Positions 1-9,671 of a stretch of DNA of 64,000 nt are shown in pieces (positions within the stretch are counted from its first letter, which is position 1; each line of letters begins with the position of its first letter). Made by a program: the position numbers and the translations under genes. Under the pieces are notes generated by a model, which was given only the letters and a program-made list of their open reading frames with translations, had not been told where the DNA came from and searched no databases. Source of the DNA: a virus. The stretch lies in IMG/VR virus record IMGVR_UViG_3300029789_000001; one strand, 5' to 3'.

Positions 1-1172
1 ATAGTTTCTATAACTATAGCTAAATCTTCATTACATTCTTCTGGAGCTAATAGTGGAATTTCAAAAGAGGCATTGTTATATTCGTCATATAGTTTAACTA
101 TATATCCTTTACACTTAGTATAATATGGAACATCAATAATAGTAGAAGTAAATTCTTCCACTATGTAATCCATAGAATTAGTTACTTCATAACCATCTTT
201 TTTGAAATTCTCATAAGCCATTAAAATTTCTCCTTTATGAAGAAAATTATTATCATTCCATAAAAGTTTATGAATAGCTTTATTATAGTTATTTACACGA
301 GCATTAGTATAAGCTAGAATTTTAGTATGTAATATATCCTTAGCTTCTATTTCGTGTTTAAATTCCGAAACTGCTTTTCTGCAAAAATTTTCTAATTTAG
401 ACTCTATAAAGAGACTTCCATCTTCACCTTCACAGTTGTCCCACTGTTGTATTGGAGACTCTCTAAGCGTCTGTAAAATGCCTTTAAGACCACTTTTTTC
501 AGATTGTCTGTATATTTTAGTCAATCTAAATTGATGTTTACATCTAAAAACTTTTGATTGTTCATCTTCTTTTACTGGATTTAACTGAGCATAATCATCA
601 CAAAAGATAATCATAGTACCCATTAAGCTACATTTTTCTACTAATAAATCATATAAATCACTACTTACCATAGATGCTTCATCGCAAATGACAATTCCAT
701 CATATGGTATAGACATTTTTTTATCATTAGTAGCAAAGAATCTTAATTCTCTGATATCCAGTTTAAGAATATCTACTTTAGGAGATAACGCTAACATACT
801 ATGAAGAGTAGTTGCATCATAATCATTATACTTTTTAAGTACTAAAGCTGCTTTATGAGTAGGAGCACATAATTTTACAGGGAATCCTTTAGTGTTTATC
901 CACTCTAAAAGGAAGCTAGTGCAAAGCGACTTGCCACAACCAGCAGCGCCTCCTAAATTGATAGGATTTAAAAAGTCTTTTTGTTTGAAATTATCTAATA
1001 TAATATCAATTATATCGTGCAATACTTGTAATTGCTCTTCTCCTAATGTTATCTGTTTCTCTTCTTCGATAAATCTTAACCAATTATTTCCTTTTACAAA
1101 AGGATTATCTATCATACTAGGTCTTTCTGGAGACCCATCGAAATTATCTATATAAATTAATTCATCACTCAT
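1..1172 (-). CDS. Dda-like superfamily-1 DNA helicase (RecD/Pif1/Dda family). The start codon is at 1172 and the C-terminus runs off the window start
   Basis: Manual minus-strand translation MSDELIYIDNF... contains Walker A GGAAGCGKS, motif Ia KLCAPTHKAA, motif II ICDEAS and motif III IIFCDDYAQLNPV. It is absent from the ORF track because it is incomplete. Confidence 0.75.
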   Translation of the reverse strand, partial: MSDELIYIDNFDGSPERPSMIDNPFVKGNNWLRFIEEEKQITLGEEQLQVLHDIIDIILDNFKQKDFLNPINLGGAAGCGKSLCTSFLLEWINTKGFPVKLCAPTHKAALVLKKYNDYDATTLHSMLALSPKVDILKLDIRELRFFATNDKKMSIPYDGIVICDEASMVSSDLYDLLVEKCSLMGTMIIFCDDYAQLNPVKEDEQSKVFRCKHQFRLTKIYRQSEKSGLKGILQTLRESPIQQWDNCEGEDGSLFIESKLENFCRKAVSEFKHEIEAKDILHTKILAYTNARVNNYNKAIHKLLWNDNNFLHKGEILMAYENFKKDGYEVTNSMDYIVEEFTSTIIDVPYYTKCKGYIVKLYDEYNNASFEIPLLAPEECNEDLAIVIET

Positions 1173-1581
1173 ATAAATATACTCTTTCTCCTTTAGGAGT
1201 AAGAAATCCTTCAGTAAAAGCGTTTATTTTTTCTTTATTACAATTCTCCCAAGTATTTTTATTTATAGCTTCTTTAAGAGATTTATTATAATAAATTATA
1301 TCTAAGATTGTCTCCCAATATACATCATTATTATCAGTTTGAAAAGTTAATAATAATTGATATTTCTTAAATAATTCTAAATTTATTTGAGGAACAAATT
1401 CAAAGTTAGGATTACCATATTTATCTTTCCAAGTAACGTCATAACTATGTAACTCAATCCATTTATTAGGAAGTCTACAAGGTAATCCTGATATTATGGG
1501 TCCAAAATAAATGGAAGGTTTAGGAATTCTAAACCATTTCCTAACCTTCCACCATGTTCTAAGAGGGTTCTCCATCAGCAC
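1165..1581 (-). CDS. hypothetical protein
   Basis: ORF track, 138 aa. Its start overlaps the upstream stop. No recognisable motif. Confidence 0.4.
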   Translation of the reverse strand: MLMENPLRTWWKVRKWFRIPKPSIYFGPIISGLPCRLPNKWIELHSYDVTWKDKYGNPNFEFVPQINLELFKKYQLLLTFQTDNNDVYWETILDIIYYNKSLKEAINKNTWENCNKEKINAFTEGFLTPKGERVYLYE

Positions 1582-1828
1582 GTCTTAAATAAGGTATTAA
1601 CTTTTCTTCTATTGTTCTATAAAAAGACGGACTAACATCATCATATACCAGAGTCCCATATAAAGCTTGAATAATTTCTTCTTTATTTAATTGCCACTCT
1701 TCCACATAAGATAAAGTGGACTTAATAGACATATCAGAATCAGTATGTAAGAATTTTATATAATCAAATATATCTTTAATACTTACATCTAATTCATCTG
1801 TTGTGAGATATTGATATGAAATTTTCAT
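1559..1828 (-). CDS. hypothetical protein
   Basis: ORF track, 89 aa, in an operon-like overlap chain. Confidence 0.35.
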   Translation of the reverse strand: MKISYQYLTTDELDVSIKDIFDYIKFLHTDSDMSIKSTLSYVEEWQLNKEEIIQALYGTLVYDDVSPSFYRTIEEKLIPYLRRADGEPS

Positions 1829-2073
1829 GATTCTAAAGATAATTTAGTTATATATTGTGCTATATCGTCTATAACTTCTCTTAGACCAGAATCTGAGGGG
1901 TTATTATTTTTATAACCCCGTAATTTTAAAAATCTATAAGTATAAATGCGAGCTTCTGGCATCCATTTATTAAATACTTCTACATTAGATAATGTTGGAG
2001 GGAATAAACTTCTAATCCAATCCCAATATTCAGAAGTATCTATCTTTAAAGTTCCTATGAATTTAATTTCCAT
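1825..2073 (-). CDS. hypothetical protein
   Basis: ORF track, 82 aa. ATGA overlap with the neighbours. Confidence 0.35.
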   Translation of the reverse strand: MEIKFIGTLKIDTSEYWDWIRSLFPPTLSNVEVFNKWMPEARIYTYRFLKLRGYKNNNPSDSGLREVIDDIAQYITKLSLES

Positions 2074-2546
2074 TCTTTTAATTCATTATTTTCAGTATCT
2101 AACACAAATGGTTTACAACAATCTAGCATCGCATATTTATCTGTGATTACAGGTTCAGTTCTTCCTCCCCAAGAGTGCCCAAATATTTGATAATAACCTT
2201 TATATGGAGTTTGCAGTTGAAAATCTTCTAAATCATTCCAGACACAAGAGCCATATTTATTATATCCTCCTCTAGAATAAGGGATATGATCAAGAGCACT
2301 AAGATTAGTTATATCTATACTATCTAAGTCTTTTAATTCTAGATTATTATAATCTAACCAGTCTTTAGTAATACCTGCATGGGAGAATAAGTATTTATGA
2401 GGCTCTTTAAGAGTTAAATCTTCATATATGTAATATAATTGAGGATTTAAACTACTAATTAGCTCCTTTACTTCTTTTTGTTGCCAGTAATCGAATCTGC
2501 ATTTACCATTTCCATTGGAATAATCTAACACAATTATGTCATCCAT
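2055..2546 (-). CDS. metallophosphoesterase fragment similar to the C-terminal half of lambda-type Ser/Thr phosphatase. The N-terminal catalytic motifs are missing.
   Basis: GNGKCRFDYW, KYLFSHAGI, VWND and YQIFGHSWGG line up with the lambda PPase motifs GGGWFFNLDY, KYVICHADYP, IWNRE and FIFGHTP. No GDxHG / GDxxDRG / GNHE motifs are seen upstream. Confidence 0.45.
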   Translation of the reverse strand: MDDIIVLDYSNGNGKCRFDYWQQKEVKELISSLNPQLYYIYEDLTLKEPHKYLFSHAGITKDWLDYNNLELKDLDSIDITNLSALDHIPYSRGGYNKYGSCVWNDLEDFQLQTPYKGYYQIFGHSWGGRTEPVITDKYAMLDCCKPFVLDTENNELKEWKLNS

Positions 2547-2722
2547 TATTTTTGTTTTCGAAGCGCATTACTAGTACTAAATAGTTAATGGCTTCTAGCT
2601 CATTATCAGATAAAGATATTAATTTACCATTAATATCAATATCATATCCATCTACATTAGCCCATCTTGTAAGAGTTATATAGTCGGAATCTTTACCTCC
2701 ATATGTGTATTTTTTAAGATTG

Positions 2723-3118
2723 TCAGTAATCTGACTTACTTTCGTCACTTCCATGATTTAACTTATTAAAACCATAAATAATTAATTCTTTAAAATCTTT
2801 TTCTTCTTGTTCTGTTAAATCTAAAGGTCTTTCATCTATCCACATAAACTCATAAACTCCTTCATGTTTATTATACTCAAAACTTGCTATAGCATAACAA
2901 GTTTCAGAATTTTTAAAGCAGCTTTTATGTATTTTATGCCAGGAAAAGTTTGGGTCTCTGTACCAATCATTATCTATTTTTATAAAATCAGACTCATGAC
3001 CATAATAACAATTAGGCATATATCTATTTATATGATAGGCTTTAATTTCAGGAGGATTTTTTAAAAGATAGGTAGCGACCTTAAATTCTAAATTATTTAT
3101 TCGCTTAGTCTCTATCAT
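2723..3118 (-). CDS. hypothetical protein
   Basis: ORF track, 131 aa. Confidence 0.35.
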   Translation of the reverse strand: MIETKRINNLEFKVATYLLKNPPEIKAYHINRYMPNCYYGHESDFIKIDNDWYRDPNFSWHKIHKSCFKNSETCYAIASFEYNKHEGVYEFMWIDERPLDLTEQEEKDFKELIIYGFNKLNHGSDESKSDY

Positions 3119-3293
3119 CTTCTATATTAATTTTACCTTCTTTAATCATAAATTCTATTTCATCTTCTCTGTAACCAAGAACATCACATAAATAAACTTC
3201 TACATCATTAATATCATCTGGAACTGTTACTAAGTCAACACTTCCTACACCGTAATTTAAAATTGCACACTCCATAAAACTAAAAAAGGAGGC

Positions 3294-3794
3294 TTATTCA
3301 GCCTCCTTCCAAAATATATCAGTACACCATATCATTATATGGTCATTTCTATCTATCTTATAAAAATTTTGATTAGTATGTGGATTATTTAATGGTCCGA
3401 ATTGTTTCATATAAGGACCAAGTTTAATATAATCAAAATTATCAATATCTATAACACTATCAGCTAGTAATTGTTTACCACTATACCATCCAATATGTAA
3501 TTCGGGATAATTTTCTCTAACCCATTTAGCTAATTTATTTATTTCTTTTGGATCAGAATCTCCTCCCATAAATCCTACTAATGTAATTCCTTTATTAGAT
3601 TCAATTAATTCTTGGAGTCGTTCCAATGATAGTACTTCTCCAATATCTTTTGACAAATAAGGTGAGTGGCAACCATCACAGAAACAAGGGCAACCACTGA
3701 TGTTAATACATAGAGAAACTTCATTAGGAAATTCTGCAAAAGTAACAGCTGTATCAACATATTTAAGCATAGAACTCTTTAATTTTATTCTCAA
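3294..3794 (-). CDS. nrdG: anaerobic ribonucleotide reductase activating protein (radical SAM)
   Basis: The motif ISGCPCFCDGCHSP matches the NrdG-type C-x3-C-x2-C cluster. It lies immediately downstream of nrdD and a thioredoxin gene. Confidence 0.8.
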   Translation of the reverse strand: MRIKLKSSMLKYVDTAVTFAEFPNEVSLCINISGCPCFCDGCHSPYLSKDIGEVLSLERLQELIESNKGITLVGFMGGDSDPKEINKLAKWVRENYPELHIGWYSGKQLLADSVIDIDNFDYIKLGPYMKQFGPLNNPHTNQNFYKIDRNDHIMIWCTDIFWKEAE

Positions 3795-4026
3795 GCATAT
3801 CAGCAGTTAAAACTCCAGAAGTTCTTCCTACCTCTATATTATCTTTTATAAATACAAGAGTTGGAAGATTTCTAATATTATATTTAAGAGTAGTTTCTTC
3901 CTCTGTCTCTATATCTACTGTAGTTAAAGTAATATCAGTATGATTTTCTAATACTCTTTTTAAAATAGGTGCTAAAACTTTACATTGTCCACACCACTCT
4001 GCTTCAAATTTTAATATTCTTTTCAT
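3763..4026 (-). CDS. thioredoxin-like protein
   Basis: WCGQC active-site motif, 87 aa, thioredoxin fold length. Confidence 0.75.
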   Translation of the reverse strand: MKRILKFEAEWCGQCKVLAPILKRVLENHTDITLTTVDIETEEETTLKYNIRNLPTLVFIKDNIEVGRTSGVLTADMLENKIKEFYA

Positions 4027-4514
4027 TGTGCTAATTCTATATTAATTTCTAATTCATTCTTTCTACTTCTAGTACTACCTTCTAGTTGTCTAGCAGCACT
4101 CCAGTTAGAAATCTTTGTAAGATAGCCGATAATGCGATCCCATAGACTTACATGAGTACTACCACATTTAGGACATTTACTAAACGGTTGTTTTGCTATA
4201 AAATGACACTCTTCACATTCACAATTAGGAATATTAAAAGTAGCATATTTACAACCTACTTTAGCCATAAATTTAAGTAAATACTCATATTGTTTCTGAC
4301 TCAAATGTTCAGATAAATTAAGATGACAAGCAGAACCCCCATCCAATTCATCAGCAGCGAATTCAGAACTATGAAGTATAATTTTATCAAGTATACTTAT
4401 ATGTGTATCATTAGGTTTAAATATATAACTAGCATACAGATTAGTATCTGTAGGAATCCAATAGCCATCAGCTTTATCTCTATTATAAAGTTTTACTGAA
4501 GCGCTTTCTGCCAT
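4023..4514 (-). CDS. nrdD: NrdD C-terminal segment (glycine-radical domain plus zinc ribbon). It is either exon 2 of an intron-split nrdD or a separately translated split-gene fragment.
   Basis: Motifs DGGSACHLNLSE, CECEECHF...CPKCGS and the glycine-radical motif RIIGYL. GAAGGAG sits 9 nt upstream of its ATG, which is a rare SD-like site in this window. Confidence 0.85.
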   Translation of the reverse strand: MAESASVKLYNRDKADGYWIPTDTNLYASYIFKPNDTHISILDKIILHSSEFAADELDGGSACHLNLSEHLSQKQYEYLLKFMAKVGCKYATFNIPNCECEECHFIAKQPFSKCPKCGSTHVSLWDRIIGYLTKISNWSAARQLEGSTRSRKNELEINIELAQ

Positions 4515-4518
4515 TCTG

Positions 4519-5475
4519 TTACGCTCCTTCTATAGAAGGAATTTCTAATATTTTATTTAATTCCTCTATTGGCGAAGGATGATTAATAATATAATATAAA
4601 TCTTTGTTAGGACCATATTCACCAAATAATTCTTGTTCTTTTTTTATTCTAGCTAATACAGCTTCAGCATAAGTAAAATAATTTCCAAGATGTATACTTT
4701 TATAATTATACATTATTCTAGCCGTCCATTTTTTATTTACTTTAAGCCAGTTTACTCCTTTAATTTTTTGATTTAATTTTGTTCCTCTGTTATTATAAGA
4801 ATTTTCTTTTTGAGTACAAACTCGAAGATTTGAAAGCCTATTATCTAAAGAATCCCCATTGATATGGTCTACTACTTCATCAATATTATATTTTTTATCG
4901 TGAAGATGCATTATATATCTATGTACAAAGTATTTTTTACCAGAACCTTCCTCATTTTCTATTCCTGAAAATGCTGCATATTCTTTAATACCACTTTTTC
5001 TTATATAGATTTTATGTTTTTTAATGTCAGGTAAAAATTCTAAATCAACTTTGGTGCTAGCTTTATAATTACCATTTTTATCAAAACATTTTATTTCTAC
5101 ATAATCTTCATGAATAACATATTCATTAGCGTCGTATATAGTTCTATCTCTAATAGCCCCATGTCTAGTTATTTGGATATAATGTTTACGACAATACGGG
5201 GTTCCCTCAAAAGAAGCCATTTTTAAATCTCCACAAATACTACATTTTTCTAAAGGCTTTTTATGTTTTCTTTTAGAAGTGTCGGTGATTTTACCATATT
5301 TATTTAATTGGTCATAGTGTTTTTCACAAACTATATAATCATTGAATCTTCTAAGTTTCCCTTCTTCTTTAGTACTTCCACATACTTCACAGGTACATTC
5401 ATCTGGTATTCTTTTTCTTACTCTTTTTTCTTTTACTAAATTTCTTACTTTTAAAATGTCTAATTTTTGTTCCAT
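4519..5475 (-). CDS. HNH homing endonuclease with an AP2 DNA-binding domain, inserted between the two nrdD segments
   Basis: HNH motif VDHINGDSLDNRLSNLRVCTQKENSYN. AP2-like motif GVNWLKVNKKWTARIMYNYKSIHLGNYFTYAEA. Cys4 zinc knuckles at the N-terminus. Confidence 0.85.
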   Translation of the reverse strand: MEQKLDILKVRNLVKEKRVRKRIPDECTCEVCGSTKEEGKLRRFNDYIVCEKHYDQLNKYGKITDTSKRKHKKPLEKCSICGDLKMASFEGTPYCRKHYIQITRHGAIRDRTIYDANEYVIHEDYVEIKCFDKNGNYKASTKVDLEFLPDIKKHKIYIRKSGIKEYAAFSGIENEEGSGKKYFVHRYIMHLHDKKYNIDEVVDHINGDSLDNRLSNLRVCTQKENSYNNRGTKLNQKIKGVNWLKVNKKWTARIMYNYKSIHLGNYFTYAEAVLARIKKEQELFGEYGPNKDLYYIINHPSPIEELNKILEIPSIEGA

Positions 5476-5733
5476 AAACTATAATTTTTATATTTACTGT
5501 TATAGAACAACTATAGACCCTCATCCTTGGGAATCAAAATTATTTTGTATATTATATTATTAACGGAGAAAATTCTTCGATTTTCTCTCTCTATGTTACC
5601 ATAGAGTTCGGACTATTGCATATTTTAAATAAATTTATTTAAAATTCTCTTTATTTAGTCTCTCAGGCTGCCCATAATTATAATAATTATTGCTTGCCCC
5701 TCGTTGTCCTTAATCTAAGGAGTTTCGAGTCAA

Positions 5734-8562
5734 TTAAAAGAGATTTATAGTGCCCACACGTCTAGGCACTTGTTCAGTATTAAATTGAGCTGTTTTAGTT
5801 TTATGTTTCTTATTCTGTTCTTTTATAGTACTGAATATCAATCTACAGAATGTCTTATAATAAATATTATTATTACATTCCATTCCTAAGTATTCAGCCG
5901 CCTGATTTAAACCATTAATTCCAATAGTTAAATATTGTTTATCAAGATTAATAAAACCAGCATCATAAGCAGCATATAAATGATGATCTTTGCACCAATG
6001 CATTAAGTCGTTATAAGCATACTGATATAAATAAACTCTTTCAAGAATATTTTCTATATATTTCTTAATTCCTTCTTGGAAGTCTTTATGTGTAATCCAA
6101 TCTACTGGGAAACAACATCTATTGGTGTTAACATCAATATGGTCTTTATAATCAGACCAAGTATGCTGCCAATCCTGAATAATTCTATTTAAATCAAGAG
6201 TGATAACATTCTTACTACCAGTCATTATACCTATTTGACCATTAGTAGTATTAAATGTATTTTCTTGTACCGCATTCTGTAAACGACAATTATGAGTAAT
6301 TAATCCACTTGGTAATGTAAAATATGGTTCAGAAGTATTTTTACATTCTATACAATATACTCTATCATTGTAATCATATGGTTCGATAGATTTTATTTTA
6401 AAGTATATTCCATTATTATATTTTATCCAACTATGTTCCTTGTCTTTATTAGCTCTATGATTTGCATCTTCATACCATCTTACACAATATAATGGGTAAT
6501 TTCTTTTATAATGTTCCTCGCGTATTATAACTTCTTCATCTGTTCTATTTGATATATTAATAATGCTTTGCATTCCTAAAGAAGTTATTAAGGCTTCCAT
6601 ATTTTCTGCTAATTCAGGAGAAGTCGTGTAGCATCTGTTAGAATTTCCCCCATCAGTATCATACCATCCTTGTAGTATACCTTCTCTAAATTTTACAGAT
6701 TGAAGAAGACAATTCATGTTTAATTTCTTATTATAAGCATAAGTTCCTCTATACCAATTAGTCCATTTTTGAATAAAAGCAACTAAATTTTTATTAGATA
6801 CTCTTAATGGATAAACATTATTTACTACTTCTTTTAAAACCACGTTAGGTTCATATCCCATTTGTTTTAATGCGAGATTCCAATAAAATTTAGAACGTTT
6901 ATATTTTTGTTCATTTTGGGATAAATTAATATCATAGATAACTCCATTTATTTCAGAACTAAAAGAGCCATCACCTAAAAATGATCCAATTACATAACCT
7001 TGGGCGTAAGTTAAATGTTCATTATTATCTGGAATAGCACTCAACTTAGAAGTATTGAATAATAAGTAATCATTAATAGTTAACTGTTCTGTTGGTTTTT
7101 CTCCTTGTAAAGTTACATTTATATGATTATCAGTCATAATAAACTCTTTATTATTATAAGTGGTAACTTTATACATAGGACGATTAGGTAAATCTATAAC
7201 TTTGCCAGCTACCCAAGAGCCATTGTGAAATACTTTAAAATTCTCTTTCATATTTTTATATGGAAGATTTTTAAATTCTTCAAAGGTAGTTAGATGTACT
7301 CCAGAAGTGCTAGATTTCCATAAAAACTTAGTATCTTTAGAAAAGCAACATGAACTTAAACTATCTACACTACGAGACAGATAAGTAAAGAAAGAATTTC
7401 CTTGAGCATATTCACTGCATATAAAATGGAAAGTATCTAAATCTTTAAAATTACCTTCCTTATCTGTTAAGCAAGCATAACTACATACAGGAAATGTTAA
7501 AATACATTTTAATCTTTCTTGATTTAACCAATGTAAATAACGTCTTTGTAACCAATTAGTAGAATTCCATTCTGGCTTTGTTCCATCTGGAAATACAAAT
7601 TCTCCAAACATACCTTCAAAGAAATATTTATCGAAGAATGAAAAATTTGTAAATGGGGACTGCATTCCTCTAGCTCCTGCTATTTGATTAATGGAATAAG
7701 TTACCTGTTGGAAATATTGATCAATTTGACTGCCAATAGTTTTCTGTTTTATACAATAATCTGTAGTTATTTTTACACTTGGTTTGAGATAATAATTATT
7801 TCCCCATTCTTTTCTACAGAAATAATCCATATACATCAGAAACTCAGGAGTAGCTACTGCTCCTTTAATTTCAGAGGCTAATGCAAAGTTTAGATTTACA
7901 TAAATACCACAAAATGAATCAAGGTTCTTTGGAACAGCTGATTTACCTCCTAATTTCTCTAATCCAAACAACAAGAAAGGATACATAGAAGCTGCCATAC
8001 AATATGGTTCTCCTACTTGAGAAGATGAGTCATGAGGATATAAAATAGTTTTAAAGTCATTCCTCATAACTTTTATATTAAAGTTAGGGTCTCTCTTCTT
8101 TACAAAACTTTCCCACCATTCTGTATTAGTAAGTTTATTATCGACTTTATGTATTTCAGCGTTTAATACTCCAATACCTTTAGTTCCTACATTACTATTA
8201 TCATCAATAGTAGCATTAGCAGTATTATCAGACTTTACAAAATTATGAATAAATTTAATATCCCTAGTAGTATGATTTCTAATATCTTCACGTTCTTTAC
8301 GATATAGAATATATTTTTTAGCCACATCGTGATATCCTAAATCCATTAAGAGTTCTTCAATTTGGTCTTGAATATCCTCAATAGATTGATCTTCAGTCTC
8401 TACTACAGAATTAGTTATCTCAGTAACTGCTCTGTAAATATCTTCGTCCATTGTTTTACTAGAATTTTGGGTAATTCCAAAAGCCTTTAGTACAGCATCT
8501 CTAATTTTGTTTCTGTTAAACTCTTCTTTAATTCCGTCTCTCTTTATTACCATAAATAACAT
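5734..8562 (-). CDS. nrdD: anaerobic ribonucleoside-triphosphate reductase, N-terminal and main part, carrying an in-frame LAGLIDADG intein
   Basis: ATP-cone at the N-terminus (VIKRDGIKEEFNRNKIRDAV). NrdD core motifs TGSKNVITLDLNRI and TIGINGLNQAAEYLG. It ends at ...QVPRRVGTINLF before the expected glycine-radical domain. Confidence 0.85.
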   Translation of the reverse strand: MLFMVIKRDGIKEEFNRNKIRDAVLKAFGITQNSSKTMDEDIYRAVTEITNSVVETEDQSIEDIQDQIEELLMDLGYHDVAKKYILYRKEREDIRNHTTRDIKFIHNFVKSDNTANATIDDNSNVGTKGIGVLNAEIHKVDNKLTNTEWWESFVKKRDPNFNIKVMRNDFKTILYPHDSSSQVGEPYCMAASMYPFLLFGLEKLGGKSAVPKNLDSFCGIYVNLNFALASEIKGAVATPEFLMYMDYFCRKEWGNNYYLKPSVKITTDYCIKQKTIGSQIDQYFQQVTYSINQIAGARGMQSPFTNFSFFDKYFFEGMFGEFVFPDGTKPEWNSTNWLQRRYLHWLNQERLKCILTFPVCSYACLTDKEGNFKDLDTFHFICSEYAQGNSFFTYLSRSVDSLSSCCFSKDTKFLWKSSTSGVHLTTFEEFKNLPYKNMKENFKVFHNGSWVAGKVIDLPNRPMYKVTTYNNKEFIMTDNHINVTLQGEKPTEQLTINDYLLFNTSKLSAIPDNNEHLTYAQGYVIGSFLGDGSFSSEINGVIYDINLSQNEQKYKRSKFYWNLALKQMGYEPNVVLKEVVNNVYPLRVSNKNLVAFIQKWTNWYRGTYAYNKKLNMNCLLQSVKFREGILQGWYDTDGGNSNRCYTTSPELAENMEALITSLGMQSIINISNRTDEEVIIREEHYKRNYPLYCVRWYEDANHRANKDKEHSWIKYNNGIYFKIKSIEPYDYNDRVYCIECKNTSEPYFTLPSGLITHNCRLQNAVQENTFNTTNGQIGIMTGSKNVITLDLNRIIQDWQHTWSDYKDHIDVNTNRCCFPVDWITHKDFQEGIKKYIENILERVYLYQYAYNDLMHWCKDHHLYAAYDAGFINLDKQYLTIGINGLNQAAEYLGMECNNNIYYKTFCRLIFSTIKEQNKKHKTKTAQFNTEQVPRRVGTINLF
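6289..8347 (-). mobile_element. intein (353 aa) with a LAGLIDADG homing-endonuclease domain, inside nrdD
   Basis: Block A: CFSKDTKFLW follows SLSSC. Two LAGLIDADG motifs: VIGSFLGDGSF and LQGWYDTDGGNS. C-terminal ITHN followed by the extein Cys. Excision regenerates SSC-CRLQ. Confidence 0.8.
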
Positions 8563-8659
8563 TTATAAATTAACATTTTAAATCATCTACGAAATAAGCA
8601 CTATAATACTAGTACTGAACTAATAATATAGTGCTTATATAGTTATTTCAAAATATTAT

Positions 8660-9454
8660 TTACAAAGTTAAAATGCTGTTTACTAGTAAAGTTTTCTCAA
8701 CCTGATTCATAATATCTTTTTTCATAGAATCAGTTATAATTTGAGTGAATGCATTATATACAGTAAACATATTTGCGTTATCATCTGATACAAGATATGG
8801 ACTATCTTTTTTATCAAATAATAATTTATAAGCATCAATAGGAGTTGATGTAGCTAATTTCACTTTACCAAAACCATTATCAACAGATTCAGACATACAG
8901 TTACGAATCCATCTACCCAAATGTTCATTTACAAAACTTTTATTGGTATAGTCAAAATCTGTATCTGCAAAGCGTCTGAGAGTAACTCCTATCTCTGTAG
9001 TTTGCTCTACAAGTCTTGTAATTGGTTTAAAGTTAATCGGAGTCTCTGGTTCTATCTCATTAACTACTAAACTGTCTGGATTAAACACACAAAGGTTAGT
9101 GCAAGCAGAATTTACGGCACCTGAGTACATTTTTACAACAGCTTTTCTAGTGTCTAGACCATATACCATACCAATTACCTGCTGATGATTAGCATATTGA
9201 TATTCATTTGGTAATACTGCTTCTAACCATACTCTATTAAAAGTTAAATCAGCAGTATCTATATCACCATTTTTATTATAAGTGATTTGATCAGGTAATT
9301 TTACATGTACTCTAATATCAGAAGTTAATTTTTGAACTCTTTCCAGAAAAGGCTCAATATATCCTCTAGTAGGAAGATAATCTTTACCTTTAATACTAGT
9401 AGCTTTTCCTTTTAATACTTCTTCTAAAGTAAATTCAGTTGGCATTCTCTCCAT
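8660..9454 (-). CDS. hypothetical protein
   Basis: ORF track, 264 aa. Confidence 0.4.
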   Translation of the reverse strand: MERMPTEFTLEEVLKGKATSIKGKDYLPTRGYIEPFLERVQKLTSDIRVHVKLPDQITYNKNGDIDTADLTFNRVWLEAVLPNEYQYANHQQVIGMVYGLDTRKAVVKMYSGAVNSACTNLCVFNPDSLVVNEIEPETPINFKPITRLVEQTTEIGVTLRRFADTDFDYTNKSFVNEHLGRWIRNCMSESVDNGFGKVKLATSTPIDAYKLLFDKKDSPYLVSDDNANMFTVYNAFTQIITDSMKKDIMNQVEKTLLVNSILTL

Positions 9455-9671
9455 TGTATGTGAAAAACATTATGTTATCAATAATTTCTTTATCTAATAA
9501 TTTTTGTACTAAATTATGCGGAGTATCTTCGGCATAGTTAACTTTGTTTACATCTACACTAGTAATATATATCCACTTACTCCCGTTGTATAATATTTGC
9601 CCACAGGGATATGAATTTTTATAGCAGATAAGTAGTGTCTTGTTATCTTTAGTAATTTCATTAGTTACCAT
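9435..9671 (-). CDS. hypothetical protein
   Basis: ORF track, 78 aa. Confidence 0.3.
   Translation of the reverse strand: MVTNEITKDNKTLLICYKNSYPCGQILYNGSKWIYITSVDVNKVNYAEDTPHNLVQKLLDKEIIDNIMFFTYNGENAN

Noticed and set aside
892-1155. Plus-strand ORFs such as 892..1155, 1946..2146, 11101..11394, 15068..15641, 24018..24371, 35713..35955, 42160..42606, 63354..63791.
   Set aside because: Each lies antisense inside a well-supported minus-strand gene, with low-complexity or hydrophobic translations, and there is no plus-strand operon context. I treat them as shadow ORFs.
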